Shown piece after piece: positions 1 to 8,866 of a stretch of 27,872 nt of DNA (its first letter is position 1; every line of letters starts with the position of its first letter). The notes under the pieces were generated by a model. The model was not told the origin of the DNA. It saw nothing but the letters and a program-made list of their open reading frames with translations, and did not search any database. This DNA comes from an uncultured Thermoplasmata archaeon. GTDB taxonomy: Archaea > Thermoplasmatota > Thermoplasmata > Halarchaeoplasmatales > Halarchaeoplasmataceae. Made by a program: the position numbers and the translations under genes. Location of the stretch: assembly GCA_964399335.1 (NCBI GenBank), contig CAYNQI010000013.1, positions 1 through 27,872 of the forward strand, read 5' to 3'.

Positions 1-38
1 TTATGAAATCCCGATAAACGTGAATTCTCAACAGACAT
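1..38 (-). CDS. Probable class II HMG-CoA reductase, N-terminal fragment (runs off left edge)
   Basis: ATG at 38 with SD-like GGAGTGGTG (45-53); translates MSVENSRLSGFH, resembling the 'SR(I/L)xGF(Y/H)KL' N-terminus of class II HMG-CoA reductases. Only 12 codons are visible. Confidence 0.45.
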   Translation of the reverse strand, partial: MSVENSRLSGFH

Positions 39-146
39 ATCTAACACCACTCCTTTAAAGTTCAAGGTTGTATATTTAGCTTCGGATAAATCTTCTCAAT
101 AGCAAAACATTTATCCCAAGCCTCTATATGCAAAATTGTGGTACGG

Positions 147-794
147 ATGATTAGAGAATGCGAAGAACACGGGTATTACAAAGGAGAAAAATGTTCCGAA
201 TGTGGTGAGAGAGGAAAATTTATTATGAGTGACGAGGAGATCAAAAATCTTGGTAAAACAACTGCGGGTATACTCCGTCATTTTCCGGATAAATACGGTC
301 TAGACATGGATAATAGGGGTTGGGTCGATGTTGAACATTATGTCAAATCCCTAAGGAACAGACAGAAAAGATTCCACTGGTTAAGACAATATCACATAAG
401 AGCTCTAGCTGCAACTGACCCAAAAGGACGTTACCAGATCGAAAATGAACATATCAGAGCTACATACGGTCATTCAATCGATGTGGATCTAGATCTACCC
501 AGCGAAGACATACCGGATACACTTTTCATACCAACAACTTCCAAAGAAGCAGATCTTTTACTAGAAGGGGGTATCAAACCCTCAGATCGAACTTATGTAC
601 ATCTAAGCGGCACATATGAATCTGCTGTAGAAGCCGGTTCTGTCAGAACTGATGAACCGGTCATACTAAAAGTCGATGCAAAAAAAGCTTTGGATGAGGG
701 TGAAACTATTATGAAAGCAGGAAAAGAAGTTTACATAGCTAAAGAGGTTCCTGCAGAATACCTAAGTAAACACGAAGAACAGCCTACCGAATAG
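147..794 (+). CDS. kptA: RNA 2'-phosphotransferase (Tpt1/KptA) with N-terminal Cys/His cluster
   Basis: Motifs ILRHFP..GLDMDNRGWV, IRATYGHS and YVHLS. The track starts at GTG 138; ATG 147 is preferred. Confidence 0.92.
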   Translation: MIRECEEHGYYKGEKCSECGERGKFIMSDEEIKNLGKTTAGILRHFPDKYGLDMDNRGWVDVEHYVKSLRNRQKRFHWLRQYHIRALAATDPKGRYQIENEHIRATYGHSIDVDLDLPSEDIPDTLFIPTTSKEADLLLEGGIKPSDRTYVHLSGTYESAVEAGSVRTDEPVILKVDAKKALDEGETIMKAGKEVYIAKEVPAEYLSKHEEQPTE

Positions 795-798
795 ATCC

Positions 799-1014
799 TC
801 ACTCTGGATTGAGTGTTACTACGTTGTTACCTCTCAAAACGATAGTTCCGATCCTTCTTTTTCTATCTTTAGTTTCTTCTTCAGTATCTTCTAAAACGAG
901 ATTCATATGATCATCGAATCCGATCAAAGTACCAGTTAATTCCCTCCCGTCTTTCAAAAGTATCTCTACTTTATCTCCGAGTGAAGCGTTCAATAAATTT
1001 GAAGGTTTAGCCAT
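799..1014 (-). CDS. Sm-like archaeal protein (Lsm/SmAP)
   Basis: Sm1 motif (VEILLKDGRELTGTLIGFDDHMNLVL) and Sm2 motif (IGTIVLRGNNV); 71 aa. Confidence 0.93.
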   Translation of the reverse strand: MAKPSNLLNASLGDKVEILLKDGRELTGTLIGFDDHMNLVLEDTEEETKDRKRRIGTIVLRGNNVVTLNPE

Positions 1015-1040
1015 ATTACCATACCGTTCATAAGCTTAAA

Positions 1041-2336
1041 CTATTTTAATGATTTGGTCACTTCGGCCAAATTTTCTTCTACATTTTCTTTTCTATCGAT
1101 CAATCCTAAACTATCGTATATCGATATAGATTCTTCCATGAGTTCTGCTGCCTCTTCATACTTGTCCAATTCTGATTTCACCTTACCCAACTCCGAGATA
1201 GCGTCGGCTAGATATCTTTGGATGTTCAATTTTCTTAAACAATCAACAGCCTCCTGCAGATGCTTTTCAGCTTCATCGAATTCACCCTTTTTACCAAGTA
1301 ATTGGCCGTACTTCATCTCAACGCCGGCTTCTCCAACTGGGTCGTGCTGATCTTTCAACAACTCTAGAGATCCTCTAAGCGCATTTTCAGCAGCTTCGAA
1401 CTCCTTTAGATATGTATAGGATTCACCTAGGTTGAACAGTGCCCATGCTCTAGTATTTGGGAAATTGTTCTCCTTAGCAACACGTTGAGTTTTTTCATAA
1501 AATTCAGCAGCCTTTCCCCAATCTTTTTTCAAAGAGTATATCACACCTTTATTCATCAATATGTTGGTCCTTTCGTACTCATGACCTTCCTCTTCATATA
1601 ATGATAAACTCTTATCGTAATACTGGATACTAGTATCGTATTTTTCTTTTTCACCATACACATCACCCAGGTTCTTATACACTTGTGCGATCTTCTCTTT
1701 CTCATCGTTTCTATCATATATTCCAAGCGAATCTTGAAGTTTATTAACCGCCTCTTGGAACTCACCTTTACGGAAATCGATTAACGCGGTATTCCTTAAA
1801 CAATCAGCCTCACCTACTTCATGATCAGTAGATTTTATCAACTTCAAACATTCTTCACTTACCCCCTCCGCTGATCCTATCTCCCCCATCTGAGTGTGAG
1901 CCCTTATCAACTCGTTCATAGAATCTACGATGAGTTCGTCCTTATCGATCTCTTCACCGACTTTCTTAGCCTTTTTTAAATAATCTACAGCTTCCTCCAT
2001 CTCACCTAATTTTTCTGAAACATTCCCCAAGTCCATCAACAATTCGTACTCTTTCTTGAGCCTGATCAATGATTTCCCCACATCGTCGAGTCTGTTTAAT
2101 TTATCGATGAGTTTGTACTTCCTGATGGCGCTCTTGATCTCCTCCGCCTTCTCCATCCCAGTGAAAAATCTAACACTTTCAAAAACTCTATCCGCTAATT
2201 CATCTAGATCATCGACCTCAAGTTCTGAGGGGATGGTACCGATCTTCTTACACTGCTCTTCGAATATATTCTCACCCAGATCACCTAGTTCACCGTGTAA
2301 AACTTCCCTTATCTTGTGATTCATCCCTTTGACCAT
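1041..2336 (-). CDS. Tetratricopeptide-repeat protein with small N-terminal helical domain
   Basis: About eight TPR-like repeats (e.g. AQVYKNLGDVYGEKEKYDTSIQYYDKSL). ATG 2336 is preferred over 2375 because the TATA-like AAAAAATTATAA lies about 24 nt upstream. Confidence 0.8.
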   Translation of the reverse strand: MVKGMNHKIREVLHGELGDLGENIFEEQCKKIGTIPSELEVDDLDELADRVFESVRFFTGMEKAEEIKSAIRKYKLIDKLNRLDDVGKSLIRLKKEYELLMDLGNVSEKLGEMEEAVDYLKKAKKVGEEIDKDELIVDSMNELIRAHTQMGEIGSAEGVSEECLKLIKSTDHEVGEADCLRNTALIDFRKGEFQEAVNKLQDSLGIYDRNDEKEKIAQVYKNLGDVYGEKEKYDTSIQYYDKSLSLYEEEGHEYERTNILMNKGVIYSLKKDWGKAAEFYEKTQRVAKENNFPNTRAWALFNLGESYTYLKEFEAAENALRGSLELLKDQHDPVGEAGVEMKYGQLLGKKGEFDEAEKHLQEAVDCLRKLNIQRYLADAISELGKVKSELDKYEEAAELMEESISIYDSLGLIDRKENVEENLAEVTKSLK

Positions 2337-2371
2337 GAGAAAGCATATGCGCATATCCGTTATAATTTTTT

Positions 2372-3262
2372 TCAATCGATATCTTTACTGTTAAATATCT
2401 TCTCAGATATGATCAAAGGAACAGCGATCCAAACCACTAATAAAACGATCATAACCCATGTATCGTAGGGGTGTATCTCGGGTTCTTTTCCTCCGAATTC
2501 TAGTGCCCATTCTCTCAAAGGTACTATGTTAAGTGCTAAAAGAGTGTACCATAGCATAACTGGATTGAACAATTGGAGCATAAAATACCATTGAGGCGGA
2601 CGCCCCATCTGTAGACGTTCCCAACCGAATGTCAATTCAGCTATGGCATACATACTGAAAAGCCATATGAATGTGAATAGAAAAAGAACGAAGATCGATG
2701 CTGACATGGACGAACTCTCCTCCTCAAATATGACCGAGAACATCATACTTAATGATATATACACACCCCCTAGTATAACCGAAGAAAGTATGAAAAGGTA
2801 GTATTCTGCCAATACAACCTCTTCGACCATCAAACTGATAATGATCCCCCCCATACCCAGACCAAAAACCACTGATATCGATAAGACGGTCCATAAACCC
2901 AAAAATTTTCCTGCTAAAACTTCCCCTCTGTCTATAGGGTAAGATAAAAGAAGTTCCATGGAACCGTCTTTACACTCCCTAACTATCGTCGAATAACCAA
3001 GTATGACACCAAGTATAGGGACCATGTATTCGATATACGTGGTCATATATATTATCGTGTTCTGGAGTCCCATCCAATCTTTATGAGCCTCCATGGATGT
3101 TCCATAGAACGAAACCATGACGGAAAGACCTAAAAATAACAAAGATAGTAAGATAACCCATCTGTTTCTAAAATTATATTTTATCTCTTTTTTGGCGATG
3201 AACAGTATCCTTTTCCACATCTTTTTAGAGTAAAATAGTTTGAGATCTTCTATCTTGATCAT
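2372..3262 (-). CDS. ABC-2 type transporter permease (NosY-like)
   Basis: Multiple TM segments; motifs IAKKE and E..DGSMELLLSYPIDRGEVLAGKFLG; ATGA overlap with the upstream ATPase. Confidence 0.88.
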   Translation of the reverse strand: MIKIEDLKLFYSKKMWKRILFIAKKEIKYNFRNRWVILLSLLFLGLSVMVSFYGTSMEAHKDWMGLQNTIIYMTTYIEYMVPILGVILGYSTIVRECKDGSMELLLSYPIDRGEVLAGKFLGLWTVLSISVVFGLGMGGIIISLMVEEVVLAEYYLFILSSVILGGVYISLSMMFSVIFEEESSSMSASIFVLFLFTFIWLFSMYAIAELTFGWERLQMGRPPQWYFMLQLFNPVMLWYTLLALNIVPLREWALEFGGKEPEIHPYDTWVMIVLLVVWIAVPLIISEKIFNSKDID

Positions 3263-4170
3263 CGCCCATCACCTGCTGTCAACCTGACGAACACCTCTTC
3301 AAGGTCCGGTTCTTTAACACTGAAGTTCGTGATCTCCATGCCTTCATCAAGGAACTTCCGTATCACACTCATCTTTTTTTCTGCACTGCAGTACAAAACC
3401 AGTTTACTATCTTCAACCCTTGCCCTCTCAACGTAATCCAAGTTATTGACTATCTCTAAACCTTTATCCAAGGGTTCAAATCGAAGTTCCAATCTATCTT
3501 TTAAAGAAAGTTTATCACCTAAAGTCTCAACATCATCTTCTGCTAGCATACTCCCCTCATTGAGGATACCGACTCTATCACATAATTCCTGAACCTCGGA
3601 AAGCACATGACTTGAAAGGAAGATTGTTTTTCCCTTATCTTTCAAACTCAAAATCTTATCCTTGATCCATCTTCTTATATTCGGGTCCAATCCAGCAGTA
3701 GGTTCGTCCAAGATCAATAGATCCGGTTTTCCGATCAAAGTTTGAGCTATCCCCAAACGCTGAGTCATGCCTTTGGATAGATGTTTACATTTTTTCGATC
3801 TTTGCTCTTCAAATTTGAAATCTTTCAAGATCCTATCGATCTCACTTTTAGAACATCCCTTAACCTCACATAAAAATTCTAGATTCTCAGAAACTGTCAA
3901 ATTACCATAAAAAGACACTTTTTCAGGTAGATAACCTAACCTTTGCCGAACTTTCTTACCTTTCTTTTTAACATCATAACCGTCTATCTCTATAGTTCCC
4001 TTTTCCCCCTTCATCAGACCGATCATAATCCTGATGGTAGTCGTCTTACCTGCTCCATTAGGTCCAAGAAATCCATAGATCTCACCTTCTTTAACGTCTA
4101 AATCTAGTCCGGACACTGCCTTGAAACCGTTAAATTTCTTTTCTAACCCACGTATCTTAATGATACTCAT
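3259..4170 (-). CDS. ABC transporter ATP-binding protein
   Basis: Walker A GPNGAGKT, signature LSKGMTQR, Walker B LLILDEPT, H-loop SSH. Confidence 0.95.
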   Translation of the reverse strand: MSIIKIRGLEKKFNGFKAVSGLDLDVKEGEIYGFLGPNGAGKTTTIRIMIGLMKGEKGTIEIDGYDVKKKGKKVRQRLGYLPEKVSFYGNLTVSENLEFLCEVKGCSKSEIDRILKDFKFEEQRSKKCKHLSKGMTQRLGIAQTLIGKPDLLILDEPTAGLDPNIRRWIKDKILSLKDKGKTIFLSSHVLSEVQELCDRVGILNEGSMLAEDDVETLGDKLSLKDRLELRFEPLDKGLEIVNNLDYVERARVEDSKLVLYCSAEKKMSVIRKFLDEGMEITNFSVKEPDLEEVFVRLTAGDGR

Positions 4171-4217
4171 CAAATTTTATATGGTTTAAGCTCTAATAAA
4201 ATTTTTCTATAAACTTT

Positions 4218-4533
4218 TCAATTAGCTACGAACAGGACCCAGTATATGTCCATACCGATGAAAGTCCCTAAAAACAAACCGGTAAAGAGGCGTAAAGAGT
4301 TGCAGCTTTCCCAAGAAGTCACTTCCTGCATTAAACCGTCTAAACCGAAGGGGATCAGTGATAACATAGTAAGTATGAATAAATTGAGTGGAGATATGTC
4401 TCCTAGAAAAAAACTAAAGATCGTACCGAATATAATTCCTAAATAGAAGCCTGTACATCTGGAGCAAATAGGTAAAACTGAACCTTTTATCGTGACATCT
4501 CTCCTTTTTACCGTGACAGATGATATCTCTCAT
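4218..4533 (-). pseudogene. DUF2085-like membrane protein, interrupted by an apparent 2-nt deletion near 4495 (or an assembly error)
   Basis: ATG 4533 overlaps the GGR stop and reads MRDIICHGKKERC; the next frame reads TIKGSVLPICSRCTGFYLG...IPFGLDGLMQ...ESCNSLRLFTGLFLG...VAN* (TGA 4220-4218). This matches the DUF2085 pattern CH..ER.F.I.G...P.C.RC.G...DG..Q...ES.N..R..TG. Absent from the ORF track. Confidence 0.8.
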
Positions 4534-5735
4534 ATCATCTCTTTGAATTCATCGACTAGTTCAGGATACTTCTTTTTGACCCCGTCTAATATAGCTCCGA
4601 TTGTTACGGTTTCTAAATCTACATCAGAGAGAGCATCGATTATCTTATCGAAGGTTTCGTCTTTAAGCTGCATAGCAGCCTCTTTAGCCATGTAATTCCG
4701 CCACAATTTGTCTTCCATTTTATCCCTCCACTGTTTTTCATATCTCTGGAGGTACTCTTCATCTACTCTCCCTTCCTTTACTGCTTCTGCGGCAAACTTA
4801 CCAGCTATCTTACCCTGTATGAGACCGTTTACAATACCGCCTCCTGTCATAGGATCGACAACTCTAGAAGCATCGCCAACTAGAAGTATACCCGGGGCCG
4901 TCACTTTCTCAGGTGGATGTGTAACTGCTACTGCGCCAGCAACCATATCAACAGGTTCACCGCCTTTGTAATCATCGTGACTTTCTATGAATTCGTCCAG
5001 ATAATCTTTAGGAGTTTTTTCTCCGTTTAATCTACTAAACTGGATACCTAATCCCACATTGGCGGTATTTTCGCTTTTAGGAAAAACCCATACGTAGCCA
5101 CCGGGGGCGTCGGAACCCATAAAGAAATGAGTGTAATCAGGATCCATATCTATTCCAGTCAACCTGTACTGGAAGCATGTCATGATATCTTTAGGTTCTA
5201 AAGATTCATAGATCCCGGCCCATCTTCCGACCTGAGATTCGAATCCATCAGCACCGATCACCAAGTCAGCTCTAACCTCAAATTCTTTGCCTAGATTTTT
5301 AGCTTTGACGCCCTTTACGATACCCTCCTCTTTGATCAACCCTACTGCTGAGGTCTTAACCATGAAATCTGCTCCTTCCTCAACCGCTAATCTTGCCATC
5401 TCTTTGTCGAAATGGTCCCTTTCTAACACCACCCCGACTTCGTTCCCAGCCAATTTTTCTGTGATCTTTAGTTTGTGGCCGGCAGGTGAATACAATGTAG
5501 CTCCCTTCATGACACGACTGGTAGAACTATGGATGTTATCTATCTCTAATTCTTCAAGCCAGGAAAGTGAAACTCCCTCTGCACACCTTACAGGTGATCC
5601 TATCTCCTGCCTTTTCTCTAAAACTAAAACGTCAGCGCCTTCCTTTGCAGCAAATCTTGCTGCTGCACTTCCGGCAGGTCCACCACCTACTATCACTATA
5701 TCATAATTCAGTACGTCCCTCTCTTGGATATCCAT
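4530..5735 (-). CDS. Digeranylgeranylglycerophospholipid (geranylgeranyl) reductase, FAD-dependent
   Basis: VGGGPAG FAD motif, PVRCAEG, GGYVWVFPK and LVGDA...DPMTGGGI. SD GAGGTGA lies 5 nt upstream of ATG 5735. Confidence 0.92.
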   Translation of the reverse strand: MDIQERDVLNYDIVIVGGGPAGSAAARFAAKEGADVLVLEKRQEIGSPVRCAEGVSLSWLEELEIDNIHSSTSRVMKGATLYSPAGHKLKITEKLAGNEVGVVLERDHFDKEMARLAVEEGADFMVKTSAVGLIKEEGIVKGVKAKNLGKEFEVRADLVIGADGFESQVGRWAGIYESLEPKDIMTCFQYRLTGIDMDPDYTHFFMGSDAPGGYVWVFPKSENTANVGLGIQFSRLNGEKTPKDYLDEFIESHDDYKGGEPVDMVAGAVAVTHPPEKVTAPGILLVGDASRVVDPMTGGGIVNGLIQGKIAGKFAAEAVKEGRVDEEYLQRYEKQWRDKMEDKLWRNYMAKEAAMQLKDETFDKIIDALSDVDLETVTIGAILDGVKKKYPELVDEFKEMI

Positions 5736-5736
5736 A

Positions 5737-5913
5737 TCAATCACCTCTCATATCTAAGGCATCGATAGGACATACTTTCACACACATACCACACTCGGTA
5801 CAGTCATCGTTTATATCTATAGTAAATTCTTTGAGGAATATGGCATTGAACGGGCATGTACCGACACAAGCACCGCATCTCATACACTTTTCATCTTCGA
5901 CTTCAGGCTTCAT
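5737..5913 (-). CDS. 2x[4Fe-4S] ferredoxin
   Basis: Two CxxCxxCxxxCP motifs. ATG 5913 has a GGAGG SD and overlaps the tes 3' end by 11 nt. Confidence 0.93.
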   Translation of the reverse strand: MKPEVEDEKCMRCGACVGTCPFNAIFLKEFTIDINDDCTECGMCVKVCPIDALDMRGD

Positions 5914-7486
5914 CTCTTTTCCTCCATTCATCTAGTGGTACTGAAAATTTTTCTTCGATTTCATCACGGTAGGTAGGCCCTCCATTGTATGCGCAGAACG
6001 GGATTATCCTTCCGTCAGGAACTACGTAATGTATCACACATCTCTTCACCCTTTCTATATCGTAATTGTAATCGTCCTGGAAGTGCATACCGCCTACGAA
6101 GAGAGTCCTCCAAGAGAATTCACTAACGCTTTTTTTATCACCTCGATCCATCAATTGCTTCATAATTTCTCCGAGAGTCAATCCTCCAGGTAGTTCACGT
6201 TCTTTGAGATAATCCCCGAAGTACTTGTTGAAGTTTTCAACAAGACTTTTTTTCTTTTTTTCTTCATTCTTCAATTTACTTCCTATCTTGATCGCGGTCT
6301 TTTTAATGAAGGTGTCCCATTCTTCGGCTTTGTTCGCCATCTCTTTCATAAGCCCTTCCACATCTAAGAATTCAGTGATCGGGATTATCTCTCCATCGTC
6401 TCCAATGACAAGGTAACTAGCTAATCCGCAGTGTGGGTGGGATGTGAAAGCGATCTGTGGTTCGTCTTTTATAACCGAAACCAGTTGTGAAATAGGTGTG
6501 ACAAAAGGTACTGGGTAGAAATCTTTTCGTGATAGTGATCCGGTCTGTTCTTCTAACCCTATAGCTAGGTCAGAAAGAGTGTATCTTTGTTTCTGACGTT
6601 CTTCTTTATCTATCCTTCCAGTGAATGCAACGGGTTGGAAATTAACGCCCCTCACTACATCTCTATTATCGATTGCAAACTTCAAAATGTCCCCGACCTG
6701 GTCATCATTTATCCCTTTAACTATAGTAGGTACCAAAACCGTGGCTAAAGGCTTAGGACTGGTTTTTCTACAGTTTTCGATGGCCTTTTTCTTAACACCT
6801 AATAGTTTCTTACCCCTTGCCTGGATGTAGTTTTCTTCTTTTAACCCGTCGAATTGAAGGTAAACTGTGTGAAGGCCAGCATCTATACATTTTTGAGCAT
6901 AATCGTCATCTCTAGCAAGTTTGATACCGTTTGTAGCGATCTGTATCTGTTTAAATCCCATTTCGGAGGCCTTTCTTATAACATCAAAGAATCTCGGGTA
7001 AACAGTCGGTTCTCCGCCGGAGAATTGTACAGCAGTAGTTGGGACTGGTCTTTCTTCACGCAGAGTTTTCAGCATATTTACTACTTCTTTAAAAGTAGGC
7101 TGATAAACATAGCCAGCCTGATTTGCATTTGCGAAACATATCGGGCAATTTAGATTGCATCTGTTGGTCAGATCCAAATTAGCTAGACAGGTATGGCTTA
7201 AATGTAGATTACATAAGCCGCAGCTATCGGGACATTTAGCAGTTCCGGTTATGGCTGGATTCTCCACACCTACTCCATCATAAGCCCACTTCTCAGAATC
7301 TAGATACATATCTACATCTGACCACACCAAACTCTCAAATCGTCCATGTTCTGGACATTTTTTCAACATCACCGCACTTCCATCCTTTTCTACTATCTTT
7401 GCATCTATAACTTCTTTGCATTCTGGACACAAAGATTGTGTTTTCTTTGGAAGGCCCTTTTTTAAGCGGGACTCCTGAATCACCAT
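5903..7486 (-). CDS. tes: Tetraether lipid synthase (Tes/GDGT-MAS, MJ0619 family radical SAM)
   Basis: N-terminal CPEC..CPEH site, CPDSCGLCNLH, radical SAM motif CNLNCPIC, QFSGGEPT, HPHCG and C-terminal RCVIHY..DGRIIPFC. Confidence 0.9.
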   Translation of the reverse strand: MVIQESRLKKGLPKKTQSLCPECKEVIDAKIVEKDGSAVMLKKCPEHGRFESLVWSDVDMYLDSEKWAYDGVGVENPAITGTAKCPDSCGLCNLHLSHTCLANLDLTNRCNLNCPICFANANQAGYVYQPTFKEVVNMLKTLREERPVPTTAVQFSGGEPTVYPRFFDVIRKASEMGFKQIQIATNGIKLARDDDYAQKCIDAGLHTVYLQFDGLKEENYIQARGKKLLGVKKKAIENCRKTSPKPLATVLVPTIVKGINDDQVGDILKFAIDNRDVVRGVNFQPVAFTGRIDKEERQKQRYTLSDLAIGLEEQTGSLSRKDFYPVPFVTPISQLVSVIKDEPQIAFTSHPHCGLASYLVIGDDGEIIPITEFLDVEGLMKEMANKAEEWDTFIKKTAIKIGSKLKNEEKKKKSLVENFNKYFGDYLKERELPGGLTLGEIMKQLMDRGDKKSVSEFSWRTLFVGGMHFQDDYNYDIERVKRCVIHYVVPDGRIIPFCAYNGGPTYRDEIEEKFSVPLDEWRKRDEA

Positions 7487-7547
7487 GATTATCGGACCAA
7501 ATTATGAGTGCAAAGTATTAAATATTTTGTAGCGATAATCGCTAATA
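7487..7547. promoter_or_regulatory. Divergent tes/trmB promoter region with palindromes
   Basis: Near-palindromic AT-rich CAAAGTATTAAATATTTTG (7511-7529), which can act as BRE/TATA on both strands, followed by the perfect IR TAGCGAT-A-ATCGCTA (7530-7544). Confidence 0.6.
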
Positions 7548-8273
7548 ATGTCCGAAGACGTGTCAGATCCCGAGGATCTTAAGGAGGAATACGAGTATAT
7601 ATCCCAGGGATTGCAGAAATTCGGTTTAACGGATTATCAGGCTAGAGCATATACAGTTTTAGTTTCACACGGTGTTGCTGATGCAGAAACCATCGCATCT
7701 ACTTCACAGCTTCCTAGAACTTCAGTCTACAAGGCTCTTGACGATCTACATGAAAAAGGTTATGTTGTAGTCACCAAAGGAAGACCGAAGGTATATCGAC
7801 CTGCTGAACCCCTGGAAGTGAAGGCGAGATTGAACAGGGAACTTGATGAACTTTTTGGAAGGTTGAATACTATATACGAAATTCTATCTGAAAAAGGAGA
7901 ACCTCAAGTCATCTATACTATCAATGGTAAGGGAAAGGTCATGGATAAGATAGGGGAGATCTTGAAGAAAACAGAAGAGGATATTATAATATCTACACCG
8001 TCTTTTTCAGAAATAATAGATAGATTGGAAGGAGAACTTAATTCAACTTTGAAAAGGGAAGTCGACATGACTATAATAACAGCCCCAGGTGAGAGAGTTA
8101 CAAAAGGTGCAGAAGTTGAACGTAGGGATAGATTGATAGCTACCGATATCATAAGCGATGGAAAAAGAGCACTATTATCTTCACCAGAATTCGAAGCTTG
8201 TGGTTATACAGATAACCCTTCTCTTGCAAGACACCTAGTAAACTTTATGGATATATTGATGAAACGTGGTTGA
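7548..8273 (+). CDS. TrmB-family transcriptional regulator
   Basis: GLTDYQARAY..LV..G, LPRTSVYKALDDLHEKG and GRPKVY; C-terminal PLD-like effector domain (ISDGKRALL). Confidence 0.9.
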   Translation: MSEDVSDPEDLKEEYEYISQGLQKFGLTDYQARAYTVLVSHGVADAETIASTSQLPRTSVYKALDDLHEKGYVVVTKGRPKVYRPAEPLEVKARLNRELDELFGRLNTIYEILSEKGEPQVIYTINGKGKVMDKIGEILKKTEEDIIISTPSFSEIIDRLEGELNSTLKREVDMTIITAPGERVTKGAEVERRDRLIATDIISDGKRALLSSPEFEACGYTDNPSLARHLVNFMDILMKRG

Positions 8274-8320
8274 ATACTTAGAACCAAAATATTTTAAAAC
8301 ACCAATTCGATAACTATCCC

Positions 8321-8542
8321 ATGGATATAAAATCGATGGGCCTAATTGTGGGATTATTGATAATCATCGGTGGCGTGTTCGTTATATCCTTAACTCAAGA
8401 AGCAGGACAAGCTGGTGTATCTCCAAGTGGTGGTATAGCTGAAACTAGTGAGGAGAGTAGACCTTATTTTTGGCATGGAGTTTTTATTATAATCGGTGGA
8501 TTAGTGGTGACTGTAGTTTCTTATATTAAGGGGGAACCTTGA
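8321..8542 (+). CDS. Small two-TM membrane protein, unknown function
   Basis: Two hydrophobic segments in 73 aa; overlaps the cutA start. Confidence 0.7.
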   Translation: MDIKSMGLIVGLLIIIGGVFVISLTQEAGQAGVSPSGGIAETSEESRPYFWHGVFIIIGGLVVTVVSYIKGEP

Positions 8543-8856
8543 TGTCACATATCTTGGTAATTACCACTTTTAGTGAAAAAGAGGATGCCAAGAAGTTCGG
8601 AGAATTAGTCATAAAAAAAGAATTAGGGGCTTGCGTACAAATATTAGGACCTATCGAAAGCATTTATTCTTGGAATGACAAAGTCGGAGATTCCGAGGAA
8701 TATATCTGTTTTATCAAGACTAAAAAGGATCTTTACGAAGAGCTAGAAGAGCTGATTTTAGAAATTCATCCATACGAAACACCTGAGCTCATCGCTGTTG
8801 ATATCGTTGAAGGTAGTGAAGAATATCTAGACTGGATAAACCATGTAACTTCATAG
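8539..8856 (+). CDS. cutA: Divalent-cation tolerance protein CutA
   Basis: Motifs LGACVQI, SIYSW..K, IKT and HPYETPELI. Confidence 0.93.
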   Translation: MMSHILVITTFSEKEDAKKFGELVIKKELGACVQILGPIESIYSWNDKVGDSEEYICFIKTKKDLYEELEELILEIHPYETPELIAVDIVEGSEEYLDWINHVTS

Positions 8857-8866
8857 GTGAGTTGAA

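Noticed and set aside
799-1014. Lsm not followed by rpl37e
   Set aside because: That linkage is common but not universal in archaea, so it is uninformative here.
4246-4446. 66-aa plus-strand ORF
   Set aside because: Antisense shadow of the DUF2085-like gene.
4504-4510. T-AAA-AAG as a -1 slippery site for the DUF2085-like gene
   Set aside because: A +1/-2 shift is required, and shifting there would lose the conserved ER residues.
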